The notes under the pieces are model-generated. The model saw only the letters and a list, made by a program, of their open reading frames with translations. It did no database searches and had not been told where the DNA came from. Shown here piece after piece: positions 50,601-64,000 of a DNA stretch of 64,000 nt (position 1 is the first letter of the stretch; each line of letters opens with the position of its first letter). The position numbers and the translations under genes were made by a program. The stretch lies in assembly GCF_009914755.1 (NCBI RefSeq), contig NC_060929.1; one strand, 5' to 3'. This DNA is from the human T2T-CHM13v2.0 reference genome, Homo sapiens.

Positions 50601-53600
50601 CTCTGCACCCATGGCCATTACTGACACCCTGATCCCTGCAGCAGCTCCTTCCCCAGAGACGAAAGGGGCAGGTGGCAAGCTGATGGCCTACACAGGTTTT
50701 TGGGTATTGGGCAGCTCTTCCTTCCCCTAAGGTTTCCTCCTCAGACCAAGCACCCTCTGCTGAGCTCCCATACTCCTTGGGTTTTGGGGGAAGCCCAGAG
50801 GCTACTTCATCCATTCTCTTCCTCCTGGGACAAGGGTTCACTGGAGTTGAGGTGTGGGGATGTGGGGAGGTCTCCCTTGGCAGCTTTATAAGAACAAGAA
50901 GCTCTCTCAAGGATGGCCCAGGCCTCCACAAAAAGATTTTCCTCCAGGACGGGCTCCATAAAACTTTAGGACACCTCCCCATGGTTGCCATGAGTTGGGC
51001 CACAGGGTATCCGGTGGCTTCTGCTTCCTATCTCCTGGTGCCAAGCCAGGGCTTCTGGCCTGTATCTGTTTGACAGGCCATCCCCAGGAAGCTCCTCATT
51101 AAAGATAGCGACAACAGCAACAACAACCAGGACTGCTCTCTTCCCACATCCCAGCCCTGAGACCAGGGGGTGCCGCTGCTGCCAGCAGCTTAACCTCATT
51201 CCTCTCGGCAGTGGGCGGTGGGTGCGGAGCCTACTCAGATCTGAGAGCAAGACAGACGCTCAGGACATGGCTGGGCAACCCAGCCAGGGAGGACCTGGCT
51301 CTGCCTCCCTCCCGGCACCCAGCGGGCAGGGGCAGCAGGCTCTTAAAAGGGTTAATGATCCTCACCTCATGACTAAGGCTGAGCAGTTCCCTTTGCAGGG
51401 CAACACCTGGAGACAATGTGGCCAGCCTGCCTGGCATCAAAGTTTCCCACTGTCCTGCTGCTGGCCAGCTGCAGGCCAGCCCCCTTCCCACCCCTGTCCC
51501 ACCCACAAAGTGACTGCAACCTATTGGAGGTTAATTACAGACTCCAAGTTCAAATGAGAAAGAAAAAAAAAAAACCCACTAAGCTAAAAACACAGCTGGT
51601 TTAAGTAGGCACAGACGGCCTAGGCAGCCAGGCATCCTACCCATGGCCTGCAGAAGAGCAATTTCACACTCACAGGACAGACTCCCAAAGGGAGTGTATG
51701 CCCAGCTGGGCTGCTTAGCTTTCCCTGAGCCACATTTCCTCAGTCACCTAAGCCCAGCCCAATGCCTGGGCTTGCTTTGCCCTCTTCTTACATCCATCCA
51801 ACAAATACCCACATGCAACAGTCCCTATGATGTACGAGGCACTTACCAGTCACCAGGGATTTGGTGCCAAATAAGACATGGCCCTGGTGTCGGGTTGGTC
51901 TCTGCCTCCTGTTTAGGGCTCCCACAGAGGCTGATCCTCAAAGAGGACCACCTTCCCTGCACCAGTGAAAACCAGCCTAGACCTGATGGGCTTTCAGCTC
52001 AGCAGCCCAGGTGCCTGGCATCTCAGCTGCAAGGTAGAGAAGAGGGGCCAGGCCAGCTGGGATGAGAACTAAAGAGGGGAGGCAGAAGCTGCACCAGGAG
52101 GGCAGATAAAGAAGAAGGGGAAGGGAGGAGGAGGAGACAAAACTTGGCAGCATGAAGACCAACAGAAATGATTCCTGCCTTAAAGCTTCACCTGCCCATC
52201 CAGAAGCACCCATCCACTGACACCCAACTTGCAATGTGAGGGCAGGTATGCACAGGCCCAGGCCTGACCACCAGGGACAACACTATTCCCACCCACAGCC
52301 CCCTCTGCCAGGAGCCAAGCATCCTGAGAGAAACACTGGCCTCCTCAGGGCTCTGCAAGGCCAGGGAGAGATACCTCATCCCCAGAGTCACGCAGGTCCA
52401 CGCCGCAGTGCTCCACCCAGCGCAGGGCTGGGATACAGGCACACGAGTAGCAGAGATGGGGGATGAGGAGGTTGTCACCTATGTCTGGGAGAGATGGCAC
52501 AGGTTCACAGAGCAGGGCAGCAGTTGCTGGGGTAGGCATAGGGATACCCAGTACAGATGCCTCAGTCTCCCTGGGTTCTTAGCAGTGCTTGTGGCACAGG
52601 CTGTAGACACCTAGGGCTGGCACGGATGAGGCACAGAGGAAGCAGAGCAGGAACAGGGGAAAGAGAGGCAGCTGAAGACACAGCAATCCAGGTCTTTGTC
52701 CCAGTCTCCCAATTTCTCAACTGTCTGCCCTTAGATAAGTAGTTTAGCCTCTCTGGGCCTCAGTTGACTCATTTATAAACCACACTCTGTCTATTTTAGA
52801 GGAATAGAGCAAGAGAAAGCTCTCTATGGAGGGATGGAAGGCCTCTGACCACTATCATCTCTTCAGCTGCTGAGGGCAGAGGTCGGGGACAAAGCAGAGA
52901 TGGCAGTTCTGGAAAACTGTTACCATTTACCCAAACTCTGTTTAATCTCCCTACTGGGGAAAGCTGGGCTCTGGGCCAAAGTCTTGGGCCCTGGCCCAGG
53001 AGAACCTTCTGTGGAAAGGGCCAGCTGTGGGTGGACTAGGCCGTCTCTTGCTCAGGGAATTCAGAAAGGGCCAAGAAGGGGATCCCAGAGCCCCATCCTC
53101 TTTGGGGTGGGCCTGTGCTTCCTGCCTCCTTGGCCTGGCTGGAGAAAGTTGTTTCTGAAGCTCTGAGTCTTGGGGAAATGTAGCAGGGGTTGGGGAAAGG
53201 GGGAGGCACCCTGTACATGCAGAAAAGACTGGCTTCTCAAACTGGGATACATGCAAAGCCATAGGATGATCTCAGGGCCTCTTTCTGAGGGTCTGCCAAG
53301 CTTATTAATAAGGAAAAGCAGCACCTTTGTATCAGAACAAACAGACATATGGTGGAGAAAAGTGTTAAGTTCATGTGGATTTTTAAGATAAAATAAAAGT
53401 ATAAGGTTTTGAAAAAATGCTGGGTTTCAGGAGAAAGGTCTTAGCAGGCCTGATGCAGAGCAGGAACAGGCTCATGTGCTCACCATGGGTGCAGGGTGCC
53501 CAGGCTGCCAGAGGCCCTGTCTCCTTCCTTCAAATTCAACTGCAAGCATGAAAGTCCCAGCTTAGGCACCCTGGGAGCTTGGGAGGGCTGAAATGTGGTC

Positions 53601-54269
53601 CTTGTGGTCCTGGCTAGTGAGGGCAAGGGGACTGGAAAGAACTCACCCCAGAATGAACACCTTCCTCCCTGGGTATTTAGTCATTAGGTTAAATATAACA
53701 TGCGGAAAACCAGTTTCTCCATCTTCTCTTCCAAGATTGCTCCTTCTCCTGGATTTCCTCTTTCAGTCACTTTATCTGTGACAACCCTGTGTCTCTCTTG
53801 ACTTTCCCCAAAGGCTGAGTCCATTTGGCTTCTACCATGCCTCTTATCCTCATAACTCTCCATCATCTGCCAGGCCCTGGCTCAGGTCATACTGCTCCCC
53901 ACCCCCCAGTACCATGACATGAACAGTGTACACTTGGCAGTTCCACCTCAATGTGCCTCACGGCCATTCAGAAACCTTCCTTGGCTCTGTGATGTCTGTA
54001 GAGAAAGGCCGCCCACCTTCCTTACCTGGCAGCCAGGGCCCTCAGGGGATGTTTGCTGGGTCAGTGAATGGGCTTCCTTCCCAAACTTGCCTCTCTACAT
54101 TCCCCTACCACTTCCCTTCAGGAATCGTATATTCCAGGCAAACCAAATCACCGATTGCTCCCCAAACTTGCCCATGCCTATTCTGCCCTGCCTCCATGCC
54201 CTCTGCTCCTGCTTCCCCTAAATGCCATCCCTCACACAGGAAGCCGAGTTGAGAGGGTCAGACATGCAA

Positions 54270-54490
54270 GCTGTGGGGTCAGACGGATGCCACTGTGCAT
54301 TCTGGCTCTGCCCAGCACTTGTATAACTAGGCAAGTTACTTAAACTCTCTGAGCCTTCATTCCTTGTCTGTGAAACAGGGACAGTCTCATCCACTTTTAA
54401 GATTGTGGAGAGAATTAAATGAGGGTAATGTATGTCAAGAAGTTTGCACAGTGCCTGAAACAGAGATAGCTTAATAACCGGCAGCTCTTA
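54270..54490 (+). mobile_element. MIR SINE
   Basis: ctggctctgcccagcacttg...ggcaagttacttaaactctctgagcct...gagaattaaatgag. Confidence 0.75.
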
Positions 54491-56331
54491 TTAATCTAAA
54501 TCCCTCAAGATCTCAGATGCCACCACCTTCACTAATCCACCCAGCTAGAAGCAGTCTCTGCCTCACAGACTTCCTGAGACTTTCACACGCTCTTCTCGGG
54601 GCTTCTCACCTTGGAGAAAATCAGGTTCTTATCTTTCTAGACTGTGAGGAGCTGGTGGGGGCATGTGCTGCAGAATCGCCGTGTTTCCTGGTGTCTGTCA
54701 CTGGGTAGGTGTTCACTGATCACAGGCCAAGTAAATGAATTAATGCTGTAAGGCTGGACTGTGACTGATGGGTGCCTCAGAGCAGCCCAGATCAAGACTG
54801 CTGTGAGCACTCGCTGGAGGGTGGGATCCATTGACAGGTAATCCCAGAGCCCCTTCCCACCCAACACTCCTCCCCAACTCATCCCTCTCCCTCCCTGCCA
54901 GCCCAAACAGGCATCTGCCCTAGAATGGCAGAGCAGATAATGAAGTCGGGGCCCTGACTGAAAGATGACTCTTGATCAGCCTACCATTGCCCAACCATTA
55001 AGGGGCTCCAGCCTGGGCAGGAAGCTCAACTGGGGCAGCCTCCTTCCATGAGACTGACCCTCTTCAAACAGGAGTGGCCAGCTAGGTCTCCACATACAGG
55101 GGTGAAATAGCTTGAGAATGTCCTTATTCATGTGTTCGTTCAAGAATGGATTGAGCACTGAGCACATTTCGAGTGCTGAGGGTCAAGTTGATGTGGCCTT
55201 CGCCCTGGTGGAGATTCTGGCTGAGCAATGTGCTCCTCACCTTGGGGACCAGGGAGGCCCTGTGGAGGAAACAAAGCCTATGCTGGACCTGAAGGATGAG
55301 CAAGAGTTTGCTAAGAGAGAACATGTGCCAGGCAAAGTGAACAGCAGGTTCACAGGAACAAGGCCGGAAGGAACCACGAGGTACTCATGGAACTGAGAGG
55401 AATCCATCTGCACCGCAGGCATGAGAGGTGAGACCCATGCTGCAGTGGCTGGTTTAGGGGAGCAGGTTGCTGCCCTCATTCTTGCCCTATAGGGCCAAGT
55501 CCTTTGCCTTGGTGTGTGGACTTCCCTCTCTGGGCCTCAGTTTCTCCATCTTTACAGTGAAGGGAGTGAACTATGAGTTCAGATCCAGACCTCACCTGAC
55601 TGCACCAGAAGTCACAGCCCGTTTGCCAGGTCCAAACCCCCAGAATCCTCCCAAAGTGTTTGCAGCTGGCGAGCTATCCCGAGGCAAAGCCTGTGACCTC
55701 CTCTACCCAGCCATCACCACATGCACATTCTGATGGTTCAGCTGGGGCTACTGCAGGAGCTCCTGACTGTGCCGTCCCTTTTCCCATCCTTTCACAAAGA
55801 GCTATGTGGCTATGATGCCTAAAGTGCAGCTTGGACTAGGTCACCCTCCTGCTCAGAACCCTTCATTCCCTGCTGACTCAGAAAAGTCCAAACTCAGTAG
55901 CCTGGCACTCAGAAAATCCACTGTTTGGCAGCATACCTTCTGGATTGTGCCTTATTTCCCCAAATATCCTGTTTCCAAGCCTCCACACCTCCTTAAGTGA
56001 CTTCTTCAATCTGGGCACATAGCCCCTTTGCCAAAGTCCTTCTCATGCTCCAAAGTCTGCCTCAACCCCATCTCCTCCTCCACGAAGCCTCCTCAGATTC
56101 CTCTGGTTAGAGTTAGTCTCTTCTATCTGTTCTGGGCCATCTCTTGCCAGGGTCAGCCTTGTAATTGAAATTAGGTCTGTTCGTGTCTATCTCGTCCTGC
56201 CAGGTGACAGGATCTCAGCCAGCACTGCAGACCCCAAGCCTCATGCCTGACACTGAGGAGCTGGGTTAACACCTATGGAACTGACAGGCCCTCTACAGGG
56301 CTCTGCTCCAGGAGGCTGGGCCACCCAGCTC

Positions 56332-56500
56332 AATCAGTGATTCTTAAACATGAGCATGCATCATAATAAATGGTGGGTGGGAGGGGGGCTTGATAAAATG
56401 TACATTACTGGCCCCCATCCCCATAGTTACTGATTCAGTAGGTCAGGGGTAGGTCCCAAGAAATTGTACTTCTAACAAGTCCCCAGTTGGTGCTTTAAAT
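56332..56500. mobile_element. MER5A-type hAT DNA transposon remnant
   Basis: cagtgattcttaaac...ctgattcagtaggtcagggg...ttctaacaagtcccc resembles MER5A; a similar remnant lies at about 47755-47900. Confidence 0.6.
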
Positions 56501-59500
56501 CAGGTTCCCAATAATTTAAATGTTCATCTTTTTCACAAGGGGCTCCATAGGACCAGATATCTATTCATTCTGATGCTAGATCTAGCCGGACTCTAGACCT
56601 CTAGCTTGGTTTCTGGCTAGGCCATTTGACCATAACAAACCACTGTCTTCTCAGGAGCTCCTGCCTATTTGTGCAGGCTCAAGGCCTCAGTGCTACCCTC
56701 CTCTGTCAGTGTTCATGGCTCCTGTTCACACCTTACTGCCACAGTCACACTGCAAGCTCCTTGTGAGGGCAGGGACTCGACCCACTTATCTTTGTATCCT
56801 CTCAACTCCACCCAAGAGCCCAGGAAGTAGATATCTGACCAGTTGATCTGATGGGGAGGGCCTGCTCCAAGTGGACCAACAGAGATCCTCTGCCTCTCCC
56901 TGGTTTTTGTTGAGGGGCATGGAAGAGCCCAGAGCCAGGTGGACTGTGCATGACTGAGGCTGGGCAGGGGGCAGACTTGAACTTAAGATCTCATCCTGCC
57001 ACTAATTCATGGTTAATCGTGGGACTTTCTCTGCCCCAGTTTTCTCATCTGTAAAGTGAGGATGATAAAATAATACCTATACTTTATAGTATCAGTACTG
57101 GCCTGTAGTGAGTCCTTAGTAAATGAGAGCTGTCTCCCTGTCTCCCATGCAAGTTGGTCATGGACATGTTTCTACTTCTAAGAAGTCCCTTTTCTTTCCC
57201 TGGTAAGTTCCTATTCACCATCCAGGCTCAGCTCCAATGTCATCTCCTCTGTGAAGTCCTCCCTACACCACCCTAGGAGAACAAATCATTCCTCTCCTCA
57301 CCAGATGTTGCACATTTATCTCTGGTCTTACCCTCGGTTCTGATCATAGGTAGTTGTATAAGGATCTGTCTCTCTGAGCTTCCTGAAGACAGGGCCTGTT
57401 GTTTATTCACATAATAGAAGCTCAGTTAATGCCTGCAGAATTGAATACACAAAGATGAGTGAACGTACATGTAGTTTATGCAGTTTATGTAGTTACCATG
57501 TGGCCAGAGCCTGGAAGTCTTGATGAGAGGATGGCTAGGCTGGAGGAAGACTGGGAAAATGGGCTGCTACTTGCTTCCCACCAAGTTACAAAGGGTGTGC
57601 TACTGGCTCAGAAATGGTGGGAAAACACAATGAGAACATGGTTCCAATGGGGCCCAGGTCTCATGCTTTGGCAATGCTTTGCCAGAGGGTTTTTTTGTTT
57701 TGTTTTGTTTTTTCCTAAGCCCCTCTTCCATATAGTAACAGTCCCTCAGGCCAGCCTGGTGGGCTGGAGAACAGAGGAGGGCTAGTGGAGTAAGTGGGAC
57801 TGACCAGGTATGGGTAGCAACTGGGAAACCAACCCCGAGGCCAGGGCTAGGGCCTGCCCAGGCTGGGCCAGCACCTTTTCCTCCATGTGTCTTCATTTTG
57901 GTGCTGCCCTAATGTCAGAGCTTTCCTGACTTGGCCCTGAAGCTCCCAGCACCAAGGGGAAGAAGGCAGCAACAGGCAGCACCTTGGGATTCCTGCAAAA
58001 ATCTGACTCCAAGGGACTTTGCTTCCAAAAAGCTGCTGCTTCTTCCTCCAGCAACTCAATGAGCCCACACAGGCCAGAGGGCCTAGGTCTCCACCTAGGA
58101 GAAGGAATGGCCCAGCTCATACTCTTTTAAGGGGGACTATACCCTCTGTTTGCAACCTAAAGCCAGTAGTCCAATTTTACTTCTATCCCAGACCTACTGG
58201 CCATCCGATTCCCCCAACCCAGATGACTCACTGCCCTACCCCAGCTGTACCGCTGTGCCAATCTGGAAAGACTAGAGCTCTTGGTCCCCTCTTCACCCCT
58301 GCCAAATGCCTGGGACCTGGGATGAAGACTGATGAGTCCTGGTCTGTAAATTGCTTTGAGCTCTCAGGATGAAAGACTGTTGGGAAGTACAAAGTTACTC
58401 TGCTTGTTGTTATTGTTTGTAATGAACCTCGAGGTGCCAGGGAGCCAGAGCAGAGCATGAGGCATAGGCTGAGCTCCAGAGTGGCAGGAGGACAGCTCAA
58501 GGTGCCTGGCTCAGCAGGGTCAGCCAGGGGCCAAGACCAGAGGTGGAGGCTGCCAGAAGCAACCCCCAGATGTGGCTCCGATACATGCACATGAGCATAT
58601 CCCACCTCTGACCTGGTCCTGGACAGCCTAAAGAAGGGAGTTTGTTTTAGAAGTCAGGGCAGCATCTTTATCAGAGGCAGGAGATAGCAAAGATGGGAAA
58701 GAAAGGCTTTGCAAAGATTTATCTGTGTCCAGGGAATTGAAATGAGATGTGTCCAGAGCCCTCAGCTAGTGATGCTAATCTGCCTTCACACTCCAGGACA
58801 CTCTGGTGAAGACCAAAGTCTGCTCCATGTCTGCCTGTGGGCAGCTTCAGACTCTCAGTTCACAGGGACCTCCAGCAGAGGAGACTTTTTTTAAATGAAA
58901 CCCTGACCAACTGGGGCACACAGAAAAGGCTGGTAACTTAGAATCCCCTTCCAAAGTCATTCTTTAAAACAACACAGCAACTACAGGGATTCTGATTTTC
59001 TTTAAGGCCAATTTTCCCCACTCCTCCAATCTCATGGCTCTCCTCTAGGGGTTCTCAGAGATGCTGGGTATGCAGGCTTACGCTCTGCCCTTCTCATATA
59101 GAAGGTGAGGGCTGAGCGTAGACTGCATATCCAGAGACCCACAGAAAGGGAGGACAGTGTCTGAGGTCACACAGAGGTCCAACAGGGATGAACCCCAGGT
59201 GCCTGGCTTCCAGCTGTGCCATTCCACTATACCATGAGTGGGCTTATTACCCAACACCCCCAGCACCGCTGCCAAGGCTGGCAAGACTATGAGCTGGGGA
59301 GAAGGGGAAATGGGGGATGGGGGAGACCCAGTTCCCGGTTAGGGATACCAAGCCTCAGACCCACAAACTCTCAGTGAGTCATGGAGCAGAGCTCACACCT
59401 GCAGTTCAGCCCCAGCCAGCACTCCTGCACTGAGGCAGAGGAAAAGCCCATTTCCCCACACTGGCCTGGGTTTGTGTGGAGAGAGGTACCTCTTCCTGCT

Positions 59501-61412
59501 ATTTGCTAAGGAGTTGTTGGAGGGTGCTGAGTGTGTGGTCAAGGACCAGGGGGAGCCCATTAATTAGTGTCCCCTTCTCTCTCCCCTCCTTTCTCCCTCC
59601 CACTTTGCAGATTCCCACCCCACATCTAAGCTAAAGGTTTTAGTGAATTACTTGCTCATGCTTTCCATGTGCATTTCCCTGGCACTAGTGATTCCCACCA
59701 GCTGAAGCCCACCGAGTGCTTGCTACCAGCTCAGCTCCTGCCTCCTTGACATTGAGAGAGTGCTCTTACCTAGCTACCCTTCCAAAATGCCCAAGGTAGG
59801 ATGTGTATGTAGGGGGAATGGGAGTGGGGTGGGTAATGGAGGTGGCTCACTGAACCAAATCCATAAATTTTCGATCATAAAAAGAGGCACCCTGCATTCT
59901 TTCAGATCTCAGTTTGGGAGCTCATCCCACACTGCAGGAGCCCAGCTTGAGCTGACCCACAGGCTCCTCATAGCAGACCACCTGTCCTTGGGAAGAGCTA
60001 TAAGACACACTTGTCTGGCAGAAATGGGCAAAGAGCTTTTCTCTTAAAAAGAAGGAGAACACAGTTCTGGCCTTTAAGTTTCCTTAACTGCTTCTCTCTA
60101 CCCTGCTGGAAATAGTGTTTGACGCCTAGGCTCTTCCCAATAGAGACCTCAGAGCCTTGCTACCCCTTCCCTATCATTACACAGAAATTCAGGAAAGGAA
60201 AGGGATTTGGCCAAATTCTCAAGCACCATCGAAGCCTCCCAGCTTCCCGTCAAACGCTCTTTTGAAGGCATTTTTATGTTGCTGATCTGGTGGGCACTCC
60301 AGTGAGGGGATAGAGACCCAGCAAGTCTCAGGACCTTTGTCCTGAGAATGCTACTTTGAAGCCCAGTCTTATCTCTGGAACGTACTTCGTTACTTTAACT
60401 TCAGTAAGCCTCTGTTACTCCCTCTGTAAAATGGAGATAGGACCACCTGCTCCCAGGATTGTTATGAGGATTAAATGGAGATAAAGCATTTGAACATGGC
60501 TTGCCTGTGACTCGTACAAAACACATAAAATTAGCACAAAATTAACAAAACGCTTGCCTGAAGAAAAGAACCGAGAATCCAGGGTTTCCCCAATTGGGCC
60601 CCAGTGCAAGCCTGGTTCTACGGAGAGGATGTGCATGCCCCGGGCCGCCTCTGAGAAGCCCGAGACCAGTGCACTCCTCTTTGACTCTGCAACCGCCCAG
60701 GGAGGGCACGAAAGTGGGTCGCAAATCATGGCTCTGCTCCTCCAGGCAGGGACAGAATCCAAGGGCCCAAGAGAGTCACTCCCGAAGACCAGAGAGAGAC
60801 AACTGCCCAATGTCTAGTCCAGTTCCCAGGGAACTGTCACAGAAGCAGCGGCTCCCCTTCTCTCTGGGGTTCGCGAGCGGGGCAGGGCATCCCCTCCGAG
60901 TCTCCGGAGTTGGCGGGCGCTGTTGCCCACGCTCCAGTGGCCGAGCAGAACGGAGGGAGGTGTGGCACATGGGTAGGGGCAAGCCCGAGGGCTCCGATCT
61001 CTCCGAGGAAGGGAAGGCAGTGACAGCTCCCGGAGCGCTCGGCGGCCAGGCCGGGCCCAGCGTCTGATCAGCCGCCGCCTTTCTGTCGGTATCCGCGGCT
61101 CCATCCCCGCTCGCTCAGGGCTGCTCGCCTGCAGGCCGGTACCGGCGTGCAGCGCCTCTTGCCCGCCCCTGCGTGGGGACGCGGCCGCCCGGGGAGAGGC
61201 GCGCACAGCCACTGTCGGGCTCCTGGCACGCAGCCCCTTGCTCTCCCGGCCGCGACGACCCGCTCGCACGCAGGCACGCGCGCCCTCGGTGCCTGTCACC
61301 GCGGCGGCCGCTAGCGCAGCCTAGACTCACCCGCGCTGCGCTGGGGGCGGGTGAGCGGGCGGCAGGTTTCTCCCAGGGAAACCGGGTTTCTGGGCGCGCG
61401 GAGGTGCCCTAC

Positions 61413-61503
61413 CTTTCTCCCCGGGATCGGGCTCCCTCTCCCGCTTCCTCCCCTCTGGGTGCTTCTTGCCGCGGCCGCGGCCCCTCCTCCTGGACTCCGA
61501 CAT
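61413..61503 (-). CDS. NRG2: NRG2 alternative first coding exon (MSESRRRGRGRGKKHPEGRKREREPDPGEK)
   Basis: ATG with A at -3; 91 nt then AAG|gtaggg; phase 1 joins the Ig exon in frame. Homologous to the NRG1 type I N-terminus MSERKEGRGKGKGKK. Exon sum with alpha is 1944 nt = 647 aa + stop. Confidence 0.9.
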
Positions 61504-61599
61504 TCTGCACGGGGTCCCAGGCGGTGGGACGGCCTCAGCTCTCCGCTGCCGCGCTGCGCCCCCGCCGCCTGCAGCCTCAGTGCCCGAGCGCGGCGCCTT

Positions 61600-61606
61600 T
61601 CTTATA
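61600..61606 (-). promoter_or_regulatory. TATA-like box TATAAGA
   Basis: The only AT-rich patch in the island, about 100 nt upstream of the ATG; predicts a TSS near 61575. Confidence 0.6.
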
Positions 61607-63113
61607 GGCGGTCACACCCTCCGGGGGAGGGGAGCAGCGAGCCTTAACTCTTCCCCTCCCGCGCCCTCCACCCTCGCCCCCCCTCCACCGGCTCGGGCCG
61701 CGGGGGCGTGTGGGCGGCCGGTCTGGGCCCTAGGCCCCCTCCCTGGGCCCACCGAGGTAGGCAAGACCGGCGCCTAAACAGGGCGCCACAGACCTCCTCG
61801 CCGAAGAGGGGGCTTGAGCTGGGCTGGGGGCCTGAGCATGATTGGGGAGGGCGGAGTAGAGATCCCCCAGCGAGGGCCAGGCTAAGGACAGCATGGGGGT
61901 GGGGAGACAGCGAGGAAAGGGCCCAGGAAGGGACCAAAATGAAGCCCGCTAGCCAGCCCAGCGGGGTAGCGAGCACCCTTGGCTCTTGCGGTGGGTCTCC
62001 ACAACCTCGAGGCACCCCCGGCCGTACAGGCGGGTTGCCTGTGCCTCTCATGCCTGCAGGTCTGGCCTCAGCCCCGTGGGATACCGCCATCTGGGGAACA
62101 CCTTTAATGCAACCACCATTTGTGCCTGGCAGCAAGGGGTCTGTGGCCCAAAAGCCCCTCCCAGCCAGGGCGGGCTGCACTCTGCAGGGAACCTGGGTGC
62201 CCCAGGTGGCTTGTAGCCCCCCTCCCACACACTCTGGCTGCAACTCCGACAGCCCAGGCTGCCGGCACCAGCTGGCTCCTCTCTGCAAGGCCTGCGGAGG
62301 TGAACTCAGACACTGACTCCCCACCCCCGCCCCGGTCCCACAAACCATTGGGTAGGGGCTGCTGGAGAGGACAGAGTCCTCCCTCCTGCCTGGGTGTGGT
62401 GCTGAAAGGGTTACATAGCAAAGGCTCTCCCTCTTCTGGCTCCCAGAAAGCCTGAGCCTGCGGTTTGCCTGCCTAGCTCTGCCTGAGGTGTCCCCTTACA
62501 GCCATCCCAACCAGAATCCAAGTCAAAGATCATCTCACCCAGTCCTCTGTCTCCTCAGGAAGGGTCCGAAGGCCTCTCTGGACAGGATTCTCCTTAGGAG
62601 AGCCTGAAGCAGGCTTAGGACTCTGGGTCAAGGCCAGGGACTCGAGCTCCAGGGCTGTCTGGGGATGCGGCCAGAACTTGAGGCCAAACTTGTGGGGTGG
62701 GAACACAGAAAGGGGGAAGCTGGAGGTGATGGCCCCGCAAAGGGCTGATCTTGGGGCGCAAGTCTGTCTCATCAGGGGCCAGCTCTGGTGGGGGGGGGGC
62801 AGGTGTAAGAGACAACCCTTGTACCCCACCCCAACTGAGGGAGAGCGAGTACCCACCCCACTTCACACAGTATCACTTTCTGTGAGGTGGGCAGCAAGGG
62901 GCCCTGGGCAGAACCAGAGCCAGGGGCCAGGTCTCACTTCTGCTTCAACCCCTGCTCTTCAGTTTCCAAAATGGCATTCATATCCATCCCTCCTCAGCCT
63001 TTGGGGTACTGCCTTGGTTCATTCCCTCTTCCTATCCCATAGACAATGGTCTCCTTGCTTGAAGTCTTGCCTCTCAGTTCTGACCTCTCCAAGGCCATCA
63101 GAGTGAGCTTTCT

Positions 63114-63411
<298 letters not shown>

Positions 63412-63659
63412 CAGACTGAGCTTTCTAAAACACAAACTAGATCACTTCACTCATTGTAACCCATGGGTTAAACCTAAACTCCTCATGGGTGTCCAAAGCC
63501 CTATTCTACCTGGCCCTAGCTCACAGCCTTCTAGCCCCCAAAGCCTATACCTCAGCCACTTTACTTACAAGTCACACACACTTACTCTATCTCCTCTCAT
63601 ACCTTTGCACATACTATACTAATCTCTCTGCCCAGGATCTCTCTCCCTTTTTGGCCTAC

Positions 63660-64000
63660 CTGATCTCTGTATTCATTTGTTTGGTAAATAGGTAGTCAGG
63701 CTTACTGTGTTTCGGGCACAGTGCTAGGTGCTGGAGATACGGCAGTGAGCAAGACAGACATGGGCCCTCCTTACGTAAAGGCTGGTGGGGATGGAAAAAT
63801 ACCTAATTACACAAATAATGGATTGATTAAAATTTGTGTGAAATATTAAGGAGACATGCATTCAACAAACCTTTATATATGTTGACACACAGCTTGACAG
63901 AGGGAACAAACTGTAGTGAAGGAAGGCTTTCCCCAGGAAACACTTAAACTGGGATTTGAAGTATGAGTAGGAGTTGGCCATATTAAGAGGTACTGGGGGA
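63660..64000 (-). mobile_element. L2 LINE 3' end (antisense)
   Basis: tattcatttgtttg...gggcacagtgctaggtgctggagatacggcagtgagcaagacagac is the reverse L2 tail. Confidence 0.75.

Larger units (their letters stand above)
60870..62050. promoter_or_regulatory. NRG2: CpG island / internal NRG2 promoter
   Basis: Dense CpG and GC boxes surrounding an ATG-containing first exon. Confidence 0.9.

Noticed and set aside
60594-62455. Multiple 140-234 aa ORFs in the promoter CpG island
   Set aside because: GC-content artefacts; the real coding part is only 61413-61503.

Overview
Mammalian (almost certainly human, given AluS elements and exact peptide identity) genomic DNA covering the 3' part of neuregulin-2 (NRG2) on the minus strand. 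It faces tail-to-tail the end of a plus-strand 3' UTR, probably PSD2 (recalled from synteny, not read from the sequence). Every internal NRG2 coding exon was delimited by GT-AG junctions with consistent phases: two Ig exons, the common EGF exon, alternative alpha and beta exons, a 24-nt linker microexon, the TM exon, three cytoplasmic exons and a GC-rich last exon. A CpG island at about 60.9-62.0 kb holds an internal TATA-like promoter and a first exon encoding MSESRRRGRGRGKK..., giving a complete 647-aa (alpha) ORF inside the window. The canonical distal exon 1 lies outside it. The rest is intron with Alu, L1, L2, MIR, MLT1 and MER5-type repeats, and most track ORFs are spurious. I see no wholly new gene system. 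The best leads are: (1) a 111-nt L2-derived intronic hairpin whose mismatches are mostly G-U wobbles on the NRG2 sense strand; (2) candidate cryptic or micro exons, a possible recursive splice site and readthrough stops around the EGF-linker cassette, which could make secreted or truncated ligands; (3) a miR-137 8mer with 3' supplementary pairing overlapping an AAUAAA; (4) a 114-bp local duplication; (5) a consensus CTCF site between the convergent genes.
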